Source of the DNA: the human T2T-CHM13v2.0 reference genome, Homo sapiens
NCBI RefSeq assembly: GCF_009914755.1
Contig: NC_060925.1
DNA length: 64,000 nt
Reading direction: 5' to 3' (one strand)
The notes beneath the pieces were generated by a model. That model was not told the DNA's origin. It worked only from the letters and a program-made list of their open reading frames with translations, and made no database searches. A program made the position numbers and the translations under genes. Every line of letters begins with the position of its first letter. The first letter of the stretch is position 1. Positions 1-45,923 of this stretch are shown piece by piece.

Positions 1-577
<577 letters not shown>

Positions 578-579
578 CT

Positions 580-1045
580 CTGTGACCTCATTTTTTATAA
601 CTATTCCTTTTCTGTCACTCAGCTCTGGCCACACTGTCCTCAGTGTTCCTTGAAATTCCAGGGCATGCTACCTTACTGCCCTCCAGGGCCTTGCACGTAT
701 CCCCATGCAGTGGGATAAAAGCCTTTGGCTTTTCCCTCACTTTTTTCAGTAAGACATCCTCTGACTCTCCTATTTAAAATTGTACCCACCAATACTCCCA
801 GTCCTCCTTCCATGTTTTATTTTTCTCTGTAGCACTTGTCATTGTATAATAGTTTTATGTATTTTACTTATTTGTTTATTGTTTTTGTCTCCTCCTCCTA
901 CACACAAGAATATAAGCTCTGTGAGGGCAGGAATTTGTTTGCTTGTCTACTACTGAATAAAGCAAGCACTAAAACAGTGTCTGGCACGTATTAGATACTC
1001 AATGCCCATTGGCTAAATGAATAAGTATTTTCTAAATGAATGAGT
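580..1045 (+). mobile_element. Degenerate L2 3' fragment
   Basis: L2-type end agtgtctggcacgt...ctcaat...tgaatga. Confidence 0.6.
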
Positions 1046-1049
1046 GAAG

Positions 1050-1730
<681 letters not shown>

Positions 1731-2325
1731 CACACACACACACGCAAAAACAAAAACAAAAACAAAACAAAACAGATTGAATGAAGACTCATAGTTGTCA
1801 ATATGTAGATTCATAGGACTTGAAGATGGGGTCTAGCCTCTGGACACTAGTGAATTTCAGCTAACTGGAAGGGTACGTATTTACATTTTTCTTAAAATTA
1901 CTCCAAGAAAGTATATTCTTCCACCTTTTCCATCGTTCTTCAGCTCAGTGTTTCTTTCTCACTTCTAGTTCTGTTCCTCACTTATGCTGTTTCCTCTGTC
2001 CAAAATATTCTTTTTATATACCTGATAGCCTTTAGCAAACCTCCCTAGAATTCTCCATCCCCTAGACAGTGTCACTGTTTTTCTCCTCCATTTTCCTGTT
2101 GTTCTTTATTTCTGTAACATGCACAGGATGATGGGTGTGAATCCTGTCCTCTGAATTGTGAGCCTCTTGAGGGCAGAGAGTAAGTCTTTCATGCTTCCCT
2201 GTATCCTTGTAGTTGTTCACTTTTCATAGATTTTTCACACCTTTGTACTGGATCTTCCTGTCTAAAGCCTTTGTTAATCACTTGATAATGTTTGTAGAAC
2301 TGAATCACTAAAACTTATTTTATTT

Positions 2326-3005
<680 letters not shown>

Positions 3006-4022
3006 AAACAGAAACTTATTTTATTAGATACCCAATCTATGTGACACTAATTACAAGTGAATCAAGATTTAAAAGAAAATCGTGCTAACCACATTAACTC
3101 TCAGTATAGTTTTATGACTATTACAAGCCATCCAAATCTATTCCTACTTATTCGGTTTACTAACTAGTATATTCAGCAAGTATTTATGGAGTGCCTGCCA
3201 TGACAAAGGCCCTATGCTAAGCCTAACACATATACAAATTGTATCCACTCCTCAACACTCTGCTTAAACTCCTCTATAAATCCTTTCCAGTTCAAATCGA
3301 AAGGCTAGTCATTTTTTAAACATGAGATCTCAGAGAGGAAATTGGAAGTACATGATGTGTTAACTGAAAGATGGATTAGGTGTTATAACTCTTCACACAC
3401 TTCTGCAGCATAATCATTCATAGAACTGTGTTCTTTTAATTGGCTCCTGTGATTTTTCCGGGACTCCAAGGGTGGGAAACACCGGGAGGTAAAGCTCGTG
3501 CTGTTTCACTTGATGTGCTAAAATGGTTCTTATGAGATAATGCTCCTGTAGCATTTAGCTCAGCTTGCTCAGTGCCTGGTTCATGGTTGGTGCTCTGGAA
3601 ATGTTACGTACTTTGCACATTCTGTTGTTACAGCAGTTGTTTCTCTGCCTTTTACTGGTATGTCATTCTCAATAATTTGTAAACTTTTAGGAAAGGTCTT
3701 TAATTTCATTATCTTATAAGAGGTATAGGAGCTACCTGGTTGAATTATTTGCTGCTGATTTTAAGGTTGCTGTAAGGTTCAGTAGGCAGGGTAGGGAAGA
3801 TGAGCATACAAATTTTATTTAACAAATTGTTTGTTAAAAGAGTACTTATTATATGTTTGATGCTGTCCTAAGCACTTTGTAAATATTAATTTATCTAACT
3901 CTCATAACTCTATGAAATAGTTACTTTTATTATCACATTTTATAGAAGAGGGTCCTGGGACACAGAGAGGTTAAGTAAGTTTACCAAAGACACACAGATA
4001 GTTAGAGCAAGGCCAGTATTCA

Positions 4023-5530
<1,508 letters not shown>

Positions 5531-6439
5531 CTACATGTAAGCAGCATGTAAGGATACTGTAGGAGGGAGGCAAGATTTGGGGTTAGAGCATAGGAAGCTT
5601 GAGATTCTGAATGGAGGACAAGCTGGAGAAGATGTGACATAGAGCTGTGCTTTGATAAGTACGAAAACATTGTATGTGATGAATCAGAACTGATAGAGAT
5701 TCACTGTAGGAAAACCAGTTACAAGGTCATTATGTCCAGAAAAGAGGCAATTAGGCCTTGAACTATGGTGAAAATAGGTATAGATACAAGAACATTACAG
5801 AATTTGAATTGACAGCAGAATAACACAACCAAAATGGATAGTCAAATATTTATATCATTATATGACTAGTGTAAGTTTGTTTTATGGTCAGTAAGGTCCT
5901 TTGAATCTCTTGAAAACTCTGCTCTTGTTGTAACTGAGCATTATCTTAAGAGAAAATATATTCATTTATCTCTAAAGAAATATGAAGTTTCTTTCATTGG
6001 ACTTGTAATTTACATCCAAGGAAATGATTTCCTTTGAGGCCAGCTAATTTATTCAGAATGTCTGGATTGAAAATGTTTCTTAGTCTGCTTAGTGTAGACA
6101 AAATTAGAAACCACTTTAGCCTAATGATTCGGAAGAAATGATTTCTTTAAAATTGTGATCATCTCAGTTTCTTTCATGTGATACAAATGTAAATTGCAAA
6201 TGAGAACCTAAATGTGTCTGTCAGTTGGCTTTGCTAAGCAGAAATCTTCTAGCTGACTCATCCTATTTACAGAAGAATTATTTCAAAGTAACCTTTGGAA
6301 AACCTGGGTAGAAGTGGTTTGGATTAGTGAGGTTGATAAATATCAGTGTAAGAGGAGTATTCAATTATAGTTTGGATACCTCTGGTGCTTTGGAAGAGTT
6401 ATAATAAAGTAAAGCCAAGAGATGATGATGATGCCTTAG

Positions 6440-7090
6440 AGTTGTATGGATACAATACCTAGGAGTAAATTTAACCAAGGAAGTAAAAGACTTGTACCCT
6501 GAGAACTACAAAACGTTGCTGAAAGTAATTAAAGACCTGTGTAAATGGAAAGATGTTCCATGGATTAGAAGACTTAATATTGTTAAGATGTCAATATTAA
6601 AAGTGATCTACAAATGATTCATTGCAAGCCGTATCAAAATTTCAATGGCCTTTTTGCAGCAATGGAAAAGCCAATATTCAAATCATCTGTAATTGCAAGG
6701 GGCCCTTAATAGCCCTTCGTGGATGTTCTTGAAAAAAGAAGAACAAAATTGGTGGATTTATACTTCTCAATTTTAAAACTTACCCTTACCTCACATTATA
6801 TATAAAAACTGACTCAAAACAATCAACCAACAAACTAAATATAAGAGCTAAAACCATAAAGCTATTAGACGAAAACAGTAATCTTTCGTGACCTTGGATT
6901 TGGCATTGGATTCTTAGATATGACCCCAAAAGCACAAGCAACAAAAGAAAAAAAATAGATGAATTGGATTTAATAAAAATTAGAAATTTTGTGCATCCAA
7001 GGACATTAGCAAGAAAATGAAAAGACAACCTATAAAATGGGAGAAAATATTTTCAGATCATATCTCTCATAAGGGTCTTAAGAATTCTTA
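6440..7090 (+). mobile_element. Old L1 (L1M) ORF2 fragment
   Basis: aatacctaggagtaaatttaaccaagg...gatatgaccccaaaagcacaagcaacaaaag, typical of late L1 ORF2. Confidence 0.85.
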
Positions 7091-7096
7091 CATATC

Positions 7097-7850
<754 letters not shown>

Positions 7851-8320
7851 AGAATGGCTGCTCCATAGGCAGAGCAGTGTCATGGGCTGCCTGACTGAGT
7901 ATAGTTACGGTATTTCCTGATTATATGCTAAACAAAGGGTTTTCTGGGAAAGGGGTGGGGAATTCCTGGAACTGAGGGTTCCTTCCTTTTTAGATCATAT
8001 AGGGTAACTTCCTGACATTGCCATGGCATTTGTAAAACTGTCATGTATGGGTGGGAGCGTCATTTAGCATGCTAATGCATTATAATTAGTGATAATGAGC
8101 AGTGAGGACCTCCAGTGGTCACTTTCATCACCATCTTGGTTTTGGTGGGTTTTGGCTAGCTTCTTTACAGCATTCTGTTTTTATCAGTGGGGTCTTTGTG
8201 ACCTGTATCTTGTGCTTTCCTCCTATCCTAAGAATGCCCAACCTCCTGGGATGCAGCCCAGCAGGTTTCAGCCTCATTTTACCCAGCCCCTGTTCAAGAT
8301 GGAGTCAAACAACTCTGACA
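7851..8320 (-). mobile_element. MER41B-type ERV1 LTR (truncated)
   Basis: Reverse strand begins TGTCAGAG...GACTCCATCTTGAACAGGGGCTGGGTAAAATGAGGCTG; contains the MER41B-like segment with tandem GAS sites. Confidence 0.85.
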
Positions 8321-8344
8321 GCACTACAACTTTTTTATTTTATT

Positions 8345-8637
8345 TTTATTTTTTGAGATAGTCTCCCTGTGTTCCCCAGGCTGGAGTGTAGTAGCGCAAT
8401 CTTGGCTCACTGCAGCCTCCACCTGTTGGGGTAAAGTGATTCTCCTGCCTCAGCCTCCCGAGTAGCTGGAATTACAGGCACCCGCCACCACACCCAGCTC
8501 ATTTTTTTGTACTTTTAGTAGAGATGGGGTTTTACCATGTTGGCCAGGCTGGTCTCGAACTCCTGACCTCAAGTGGTTCACCCACCTCGGCCTCCTAAAG
8601 TGCTGGGATTACAGGTGTGAGCCACCGGGCCTGGCCT
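8345..8637 (-). mobile_element. AluS
   Basis: Alu consensus. Confidence 0.9.
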
Positions 8638-8796
8638 GCAACACTACAGCTTATAGGAGGAAGAGGGGAGTAAAACAAAATAAGTTTCCAGTTAGATGTT
8701 TAAAGGCTCAATTTTAAAGGATTAGATCAGAAAGTTGGACAAATGGGATGACATGAAGGAAAAAATGGGAAATAAAAACAAATTATCATTAACCCA

Positions 8797-9547
<751 letters not shown>

Positions 9548-10236
9548 CCAAACTCTTTATAGAAATAAATAACAACAAATGATCATTAACCTGTTTCAGC
9601 CAAGGGTTGGAGTTTAACATCAAGGTGAGTTCTTACATATTACATGCAAAACAGTGGCCCATGAATTTTTTTTTTTTTGGATTAGGTCAGAATTATCATG
9701 TTAAATCTTTTGAGAAGAATAAAGCAAAATATTAGTAACTAATTTCATTGAAGATCTCAAACATAAGTTAGTAAAATTAAGAAACAATTTGAATTTCATA
9801 TGTTTTTAGAGGGAAGTTCACTCCTTTGAAAGTTGAAAAAGAAAGCAGATGTACTTAAATATGGGACATTCTTTTGAACTTAGAATTTCAGATTATATAT
9901 CCTCAGAGAATCCAGTATATAGGAGAAACTACAATTAGCTAAACTAATTTTAGCTACTTGAGTTCAATTCAGCAATAAGACAAAAAGTGAATGCAAAATG
10001 TATCATGTGCTTATTAGGTCATAGTACAAATGGCTTATAAAATGTACAGGGAATTTTTGTGTACATTGATTTGTTAATGGTGACATTTTTTTACTTTGTT
10101 TCATTATTTGGTGGCCCTTTTTGTCACTTTAATACGTAATATTCTGTTAGTTTTGTTTTTGAGAAGATGGAGTTGCACCATGTCAGACAGAAAAATGCCC
10201 ATTCTTGTCAGAATAAGGTTATCTCTTTGATTGCAG

Positions 10237-23686
<13,450 letters not shown>

Positions 23687-24080
23687 ACAGAGAAGACTTC
23701 ATTTTTTTCTGTTCAGACTTGTTGCAACAGCAGTCATACCCAAATCATTTGCACTTTAAAACTGGAAGATTAAGCTTTTGTTAACACTATTAATGGGGTG
23801 GGGAATAGGGTGGGAGTGGGGGTTTGGGAGACGGGTGGGAAAGGGTGGTTGGGGGGACCGATGTTCCATAATTCTAAGTCTTCTATGCATTGTCCACCAA
23901 GAAGATCTGGGCAGCTTCTGTTCCTGCACAACAGTTATGCTATCCTTGCAGCTAATCCCCTTCTGTTACTGTTTAGACAAGAATTCCGCTCCTCTCTCAA
24001 GATTTACTTATGGTCATGTGCTCAGAAATGCTCAAATGGGTACAACCATCACCAAGGGTGGGATGGGAGGGCAGAGGGGA

Positions 24081-24086
24081 AATAAA
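24081..24086 (+). terminator. ZFYVE9: ZFYVE9 proximal polyadenylation signal
   Basis: First AATAAA after the stop (~395 nt downstream), followed by a T/GT-rich tract. Confidence 0.75.
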
Positions 24087-24439
24087 ATATAAAGCATCAG
24101 TTCTTGCACTCTTTGTACAGAATTGGTATAAAAAGGATAATTCCACACTGATCTTGTCCCAGTTACATCACAGCTGTTTATCAAGTAGAAGTCACACTTA
24201 GATTTTTGTTTTTACCAGATTATTCATTGAAGTGAATCGAAGACTCAAGGGCTTAATCTACTCTTCCAGTTTCGGAAGGGCAACTCAGTGTAAATGTCAT
24301 GTGGAGAGCAGAGGTGAGTTCAGGATTGCTGGAGATCTGCCCGTGTGGATGGCAGGTATTCAACTGGGTATTTCTGTGAATGCTGATGGAATACACCCAG
24401 GACATTTTTAGTTATAAATACTGGAGGAATTTAAAAATA

Positions 24440-26060
<1,621 letters not shown>

Positions 26061-26106
26061 GGTTTATCCATGATATGTGTGATGCACTCTGACCTTTTTC
26101 TGTTTC

Positions 26107-26112
26107 ATTAAA
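26107..26112 (+). terminator. ZFYVE9: Candidate distal ZFYVE9 polyadenylation signal
   Basis: ATTAAA followed by T-rich sequence. Confidence 0.4.
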
Positions 26113-27363
26113 AATTTATTTTGATCTTAGACCAAATGGATTCCACAATGCACATTTTGAAAATACTGCTTTAGGGCAATGTACTCCATTGTCACTGGCA
26201 TCTTCTGAAAGCCAAGGCTAAACTAGTTTTTCTGCAGTATTAGTACAGCTCCAAGAATTCCCTGGAAGCTAGCGCAGGCCTGTGGGACAGCGACAGGCTG
26301 CTCCCCAGTGGCTAGTGCTGGGTTTAGCACGAGGCAACAGCAGGCTGTGGAGCTGTGTTTGCGGCAGCAGCTGTTTTCCAGAGGCCTAAAGGCCTGGCCT
26401 GGGAAACATCTGGGTAGGTTCATCCTGCTCTCTGAGGTGGGAGCTTATAGTCGACATCTGCCTCTCCAAAGGTTTTACCGACGGTGGTTGCACAGAACTC
26501 TTACTGTGACCTTTCCCACAGGCTCAGAGGTACTCAGAGCTTCTAAGGGGAAGCTTGGCCCACAGAGCAGCAGCTTGTCAGGACCGAGCCCTGGTAACCA
26601 CTACCTCCAAACCTGACAAGAACAGGAAGCACTTGTTAACAGGGGCAGCTTATTTTTGGTCTAATAGCCAGCTTTGTCTGAACATACCTCAAAAGTCTGG
26701 AACTTCTACAGGGACTGGTCCTGTTTTCCTGTGGTTTATCTTCCTGCTTGCCATTGTACTTATTTATTCTGGTTCAGTGCAAGCTTTTAAATTCTCCCAC
26801 TAAGGACAAACTCTGGCCCTCAGATCCTTTCTCAGCTGCATCAAATGTCCTCTGTGTTTAGTAAAATCATTTGTGGAATTGGGCATAAAATAGCCAATGA
26901 TAGTTAATTGTTTTCCTTGTTTATCCTTGCTTTTATACAATGTATATTGTAAGAATTATATAAAGCAAGGGGCTGAACCACATTTCGAAATAGGCAAATC
27001 TTCTGGATTGTAAACTTAAAGATTGAGATACAGCGATCCTTCTATACTTAAGAGGAATAGAATTGCCATTCTGGTAATTTATTAAATTTTTTAAAATTAT
27101 TAAATGCTTATCAAATGCTAGGCAATGTATTTTTATCAACATCTTCTGAGGAACTACTGGACTCTAGGGCTACAGATTTGAAATTATGCCTCTGTAAATT
27201 CCCACGTCTTGTCTTCCCCCAGCCACAGTGGTTCCTGAGCACTGGTGGGCCCAAGATTTTCAGTTAAGTTTACCTCTAGATAACTGGTCACCTGGGAAAT
27301 AATTTATGCATTTAACACATTTCAAACAACAATCAACCTGCTGAACATTGTTTCTGGAATTAG

Positions 27364-27704
<341 letters not shown>

Positions 27705-28080
27705 TAATAATCATGGCAATGGGAATTCAGGGATTGTATGTAGTCAGAAGGGCTAAGAAGTAGGGAGAAATGATGCCATTTTAGAGCCTGGGCAGCTGAG
27801 GCAGAGAAGAAACGAATCCATCTGTGGAGCTGACCCAGGTGCAAGCTCCCAGGATCTGCCAGTCTCAGTCGCATGGTTTCATCCTGAAAGCAGCTGCCCT
27901 TACTTAAGGGACAAAGTCTTTTAGGAGCTGCCCACAAATACTTGGAAAACAAGGCTTCAAAATCCAGAAGCAACAATGCAAATTTCAGAATGGTGCTGTG
28001 AGAAAGGAAAAATGTTAGAGTCACAGGAGTTTGCCCTTTAATTGTAAGCAAGACTTCTTGATTCTAAAAAATTTCTGTAG

Positions 28081-28086
28081 TTTATT
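28081..28086 (-). terminator. CC2D1B: CC2D1B polyadenylation signal
   Basis: TTTATT on + = AATAAA on -. Confidence 0.7.
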
Positions 28087-28184
28087 CAGTTTGCTAATTC
28101 AGAAGAAAGTGTGCATTGCATGAGATCAAAGAATTGAAAATTTTAAAATGATTTGGGTTGTAGCTGGCTCCCAACTGCAGGTGA

Positions 28185-28545
<361 letters not shown>

Positions 28546-29064
28546 TGAAGCTGGGACAGGCTCCTCCTACTACCAGTGACGCATGCATGCCTTTGGCTAC
28601 AACAAAGGCCTTTTAAGAACTTCAATCTCCAAGTCTGGTGGGAGGCTTTGTCTTGCCTCGTCAGCCTGGAGGTTCTGTTTTGAAAGAGCAAAGCAGCAGA
28701 CTGAAATTGAATGGGTTGCAAAGGAGAAACCTTTAGAGCTATAGAAAACTTTCTATCTATCGAAATAGGCCATTTCCAACAGAGGCCTGAATTTAGAAAC
28801 TCCTAGAGCTGGCTGGAACTTTAGAGGATAACCACAGTGGTCCGTAACCCTCTTAGGAAGCACTGGGTTGGATACACACCCTAAGGGGAGTAGGTTGGGT
28901 TAGGAACCCTTCCAGTCACCTTTCTTTGCTCTATAGGTCATCTTATGAAGGCTAATCACCCTCCTTTTCATTCTAGATTATTGCTGTGTTGCATACACGT
29001 GACTGCAATTAAGTGTTAAATCTCACATCTGTGGAAGTTTTGGTAGCTCACTTCTGATAAGATT

Positions 29065-29370
<306 letters not shown>

Positions 29371-30766
29371 TCGGCCAGAGGGCTCATGGGGAAAAAAGTC
29401 ACTTGTGTGTAGTTCCCGCTCTGTGACCCACTAAAAGCTCTGCGTTTAAGGGCAGGGAAGCATGGTCCAGCCCTGTTATCCCCCAAAAGGACACATACAA
29501 AGCTCAGTTCTTGAGCTGTGCTTATGCAATACTATAGTGATCAGTAAGCTGAATGTATTTGCTTCACTTCTAACCTTTTTTAAAAGTGATCTTGAGGAAT
29601 GCTTTGTTGATCTTGAATTAATAATTCAAAAAGGGGGTGGGGGAAGATGGGGTATTTCTAAGAAATGCAGAATATTTCAGTTTTGAATATTAAATCTCTT
29701 ACAACTACAAACCCCTTCATAGTCTCCATCCATTCAGAAAAACAAAGCCAAAGGAGAATTTCTTGTGGAAAAAAACTAAGGAAGTTCCCCACATAACCAG
29801 CCGAAGAGGAAAGGCTTTCCCTGTCCTCTCTCAAGAGGAAGCCACAGCAGCCGTTTGTCATGTTACTGCTACCCTGGCTTTTAAAAAGTGACAGGGAGCA
29901 GGACTTTAGATTAGGACTTTGGTGGATACTCTGTATAGTTGAGTATAAAATCCCTACAATGAGTTAGACTTAGTTTCCTAGATAAATAAACGTGTCTACA
30001 TAAAATTTTATATATATATTTTTTCTTCCAGTTAACAGTCTTTTCTCTTGGGTGGGTAGACCAAACCCAAGATCCAACCTTCCCCTTACTTCCCACCAAG
30101 TAGTACCAAAAACAACTTTCCCCCTCCACTAAGTCCTTAGGGAAGCAGGAAGGCTAGTGCAGCAGCTGTCAGGGATAAAGGCACAGGCAGAGCTGGGGTG
30201 ACGGAGTTGTCTGGGACAGGCTACCACTGGCCCACTGGAGTCACGGAACCCTGACACCACCCTCAGCAGGGGAGGTTCCCGATCACCCTCAAGTTCTCCC
30301 ATCCCATAGTTAGATCTTTTAAAGGCACATCTAGAAGTGGTGCAACTGGAGGCAGGGGTAAGCTGTACACAGTTGCCACGCAGGGGTTAAGGGGCTGCAG
30401 GACTCCATGGTACAGAGGAATGGAAGTGTCCTTGCCCTCTTCCAGACTCGGGGCAGGGGGAGACAGCGGGGAGATGGGCTCCTGGAACCCAGCCTGTTTC
30501 TGTAGAGCCCCAGAGGGGCCAACAACAGGAAAGACCAGAGTCGTGGTCAGTAGTGCACATGCTTAACAGGTCTTTGGTGCTTGGGTAGCAGCATCTCTTA
30601 TGTACAAAGGCTTCTGAAGCCAGCAAAGCTGGGAAAGTCATCTCCTGCACAGTCGCGGCCTGACTCCTCTCCTGGTGCTGGCCATCGGCTACACAGGGGT
30701 GCAAAGCACAAGAAGTCAGTCTAAACTGCAGTGAAAACACAAAGATTTTAGAAAGGGTTTCCTGAA

Positions 30767-30786
30767 GATAGATAGATAGATAGATA
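30767..30786 (+). repeat. (GATA)5 microsatellite
   Basis: Read directly. Confidence 0.85.
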
Positions 30787-30983
30787 GTTAAACCTTGGAA
30801 GGTTACCTTCTCTTCCCAGTTCTACTGAGGAACATCAGAAACTCAGCCCATAAGCCCTACCCAGCATGGTAGGTCTTTCTCATAGATGAGAAACTCCTAG
30901 GTTTTCTCTCCAGATATGAGTTGAGTAGTTAGTTGAGTAAAAGGAGGGGGCAAAGGTTCTGAAGGCCCAGAGAGCTGCCCACC

Positions 30984-42085
<11,102 letters not shown>

Positions 42086-42399
42086 GGCAGCCTAGATACC
42101 TATGGAAGAGTTACAGAGATTCAGGCTGGAGTAGCCCATAAGCCACGCCCCCAACAGTGCTACCCGTGGTAAGGTGTGGATAGTAAACTCCCAAAGAAGG
42201 CAATGCTGAACACCAAAGTATGGGTTACCTTTAATTAAAGCACTGAAGCAGCACAGGCCATGGGAGGGATGGGGATCACCTGTTAATGGGTTTACTGAGG
42301 AATGTTCTGAACGGACTCAAATTTAAAAAGCACATTCAGGGAAGTACTCTAGGTTCAGGGTGGGTGGAAGGCTGGGTAGAATTCAGAAAGGCTCTAAAG

Positions 42400-42580
42400 C
42401 TGTGCTTATGGAAGCCACAGCTGGCTATTTAATTTTAAATTTCAATGAATTAAAATGAAATAAAGCTAAAAATCCAGTCCATCAGCCACAACAGACACAT
42501 TCCAAGTGCTTAACAGCCATATGTGGTGAGGGGCTATGACCAGACAGCACACACACAGAACATTTTCATCATCCAAGGAC
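42400..42580. mobile_element. MER3/MER33-type DNA transposon fragment
   Basis: cacattccaagtgcttaacagccatatgtgg...agaacattttcatcat. Confidence 0.65.
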
Positions 42581-43169
42581 ATGTCATCAAAGTTCCATCT
42601 CACAGCTGAGCTCTGGAGAAAGCTGGCTCAGCATTCTGATTCCCATAAAGATCTCACAGTTATTCACAGGACCTCCTGTGTCAGACCTTGCGCTGGGCAC
42701 TGGGAGCGCAGAAATGAACCTAAGACGGTCTCAGCCTTCAATGACCATTTACAGGGTGGAGGTGGACTACACGGGGTTGCCCCAGGGGCCATGGGTGCCC
42801 TGAGGTGACCCCTTCTTCAGCCCTGGGAGAAAAGGCTCCTCCTTCGAGGCGGTGACGCCTGAGCTGAGTCACGCAAAGAAGTTGGGGGAAAGAGGGAAAT
42901 AGGATTCCAAGACGAGGGAACACTTGACGGCTCTGAAGTGGGGAGCAGCTTGGCCTGTACAATGGAACCTGAGGCCTGGTATGACTGGGGCATAAGCGGT
43001 GAGGCCTGAATGCACAAGCCGAGGTGGAAATGTGAGCAAGCGGCAGAATATGAAAACCTCTAAGCCGAAAAGCGTTTGGGCATTATTCTGAGGGCGCTGG
43101 GAAAGAAGTGGCGGGATCGTATCGGTGTTTCAGAAACCCCATTCTGGCACCAAAGGGGAGGTGCACAGA

Positions 43170-44030
43170 AGGTAGGGGGAAAAGGCAGGAAGCCGGCGCA
43201 TCTCGCCACAGCGCTGGCGGGGAGACCAGCTGACGGGCGTGGAGGCGGCGGGGAGCGGGCGGAGGAGCTGGCGGGCGCTCCGGGGGACTCTGAGTGTCAG
43301 ATTTCGGGAGTGACTCCGGCTCAGGTGAAAGCGAGGCCAGACACTCCAAGGCTGCGGCCCCGATGACACAGCCAGGCCTCACGGAAGGTGGGCAACGGAG
43401 TCCGTAGGGGGAGGCGACACGGGACCCCCACTCCCGCGCTGCGGGACGCGCCGCCCTGCCCCGCCCGCGCCGCCTCCATCTACCCCCGCGGTCCCCAGAA
43501 CTCCCCACGCCGAGGGGCGGGGACGCGGCATACCTCGCGGTGAATCCGAGCCAAACCCCGGCCTTGTCTCACCCGGCACCGCCCTGGGCTCCCGCGGGCC
43601 CTGGGCCGCAGCGGTAGCGACAGGAAGCGCCAGCAGGGGAGGTGGCTCGCGCGCAACACGTGACCCCACTGGCCGGCGGCCGGCAGTGCGCATGTGCACG
43701 GCTACGCGGGCGGGGGGCTCCAACAGGTGACACCGGGGCGGGGTTCGCAGCGCGCAGGCGCGTTCGGGTAGGTAGCGCAGGACAGGAACTCTGGGCGGTT
43801 CCGCCGGGGCGTCCACCGGCCGGCTCCAATGAGGTCGCTGCGCCCAGCCCTCGCCCACTTGCAGCCTCTCCACCGAACCTCCTCCCTCACTCAGCCCGAG
43901 GCGCTGGGCGCTCGCTCGCTCGCTGGACCTACCCCGCCTCCAGCCCTCGCCCCGCCCCACCGAGCAAGAGGGCGGGGCCTACCCAAGCTCCGCCCTGGAA
44001 GAGAGACAGGGGCGGGGCTCACCTGCTTGT
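43170..44030. promoter_or_regulatory. CC2D1B: CpG-island promoter of CC2D1B
   Basis: Dense CpG/GC; GC boxes (43514, ~43970, ~44009), E-box CACGTG 43657-43662, NRF1-like TGCGCATGTGCA 43687-43698, CCAAT 43826-43830. Confidence 0.9.
43534..43660 (-). other. CC2D1B: CC2D1B non-coding first exon (5' end approximate)
   Basis: Donor GAG|gtatgc at 43534/43533 inside the CpG island, upstream of the ATG exon. Confidence 0.7.
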
Positions 44031-44479
44031 CCATGTCCTTTAAGCCTGGGGAAATGGAAATGGGGCCCACCATATGTTTCTTAATAATTCAGCACCTGAA
44101 AGTATCCTTTTCCGGTCCGTTGAAAACTTCAGACAGGCAGAGCTCGCTGCACATCTTAAATACTTTACAGAGTCTAACACTAAGTTCTCACTCGCCTACC
44201 CTGCTGTGCAATCAAATGGCATGGAGGATATTAAGGAGAGAAACGGAGTATACCCGTTTTCTGCCAAGCTTGTGTCAGTCACTTTTCATAATGGAGCTTA
44301 TACCAGTTCTCAATCCTGCAAGATGGACATCATCTCTAGAAGAAACGGAGGCTCAGAGAGAATTATTTGCCCAGGGAAATACAAAACCAACCTCTTTAGC
44401 ATCAGTAAATATGCTCTAGTCTAGTTTTCTAAGGAAAGCACGTTTCTCCCTGCGGCTTGCAGAGTCCAGTTAACAAGAG

Positions 44480-45648
<1,169 letters not shown>

Positions 45649-45923
45649 CATTACCATATTTAAATTGAGATTTCACATCCATATTTCTCATTCCTTTTAA
45701 AATTATTTAAAAATTTTTATAATGAAACATTTAAGATATAAACAAAGATACACAATATTTAACATTTACTAGAATGCAAGCTCCAGAAGGAGAAATTTTT
45801 TTATTGCTTCTCCAAGTGTCTCGTGTCTACAGCAGTGCATGGTACATAGTAGGCACTCAATAGTTCCTTGTTGTGTGAATTAACTACATGGACATCTATT
45901 ACCAGTTTAAGGGAAAAAAAAAA

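Noticed and set aside
5900-6430. Unique AT-rich intronic stretch, possible conserved element or snoRNA
   Set aside because: No clear C/D or H/ACA box structure; conservation cannot be judged from one sequence
26170-26930. Unique intergenic stretch with an E-box and a 102-aa ORF
   Set aside because: Motifs are too common and the ORF lacks an ATG start or homology
43076-44424. Long overlapping ORFs (141-196 aa) in the CpG island
   Set aside because: Expected from stop-codon scarcity in GC-rich DNA; low-complexity R/G/P/A content
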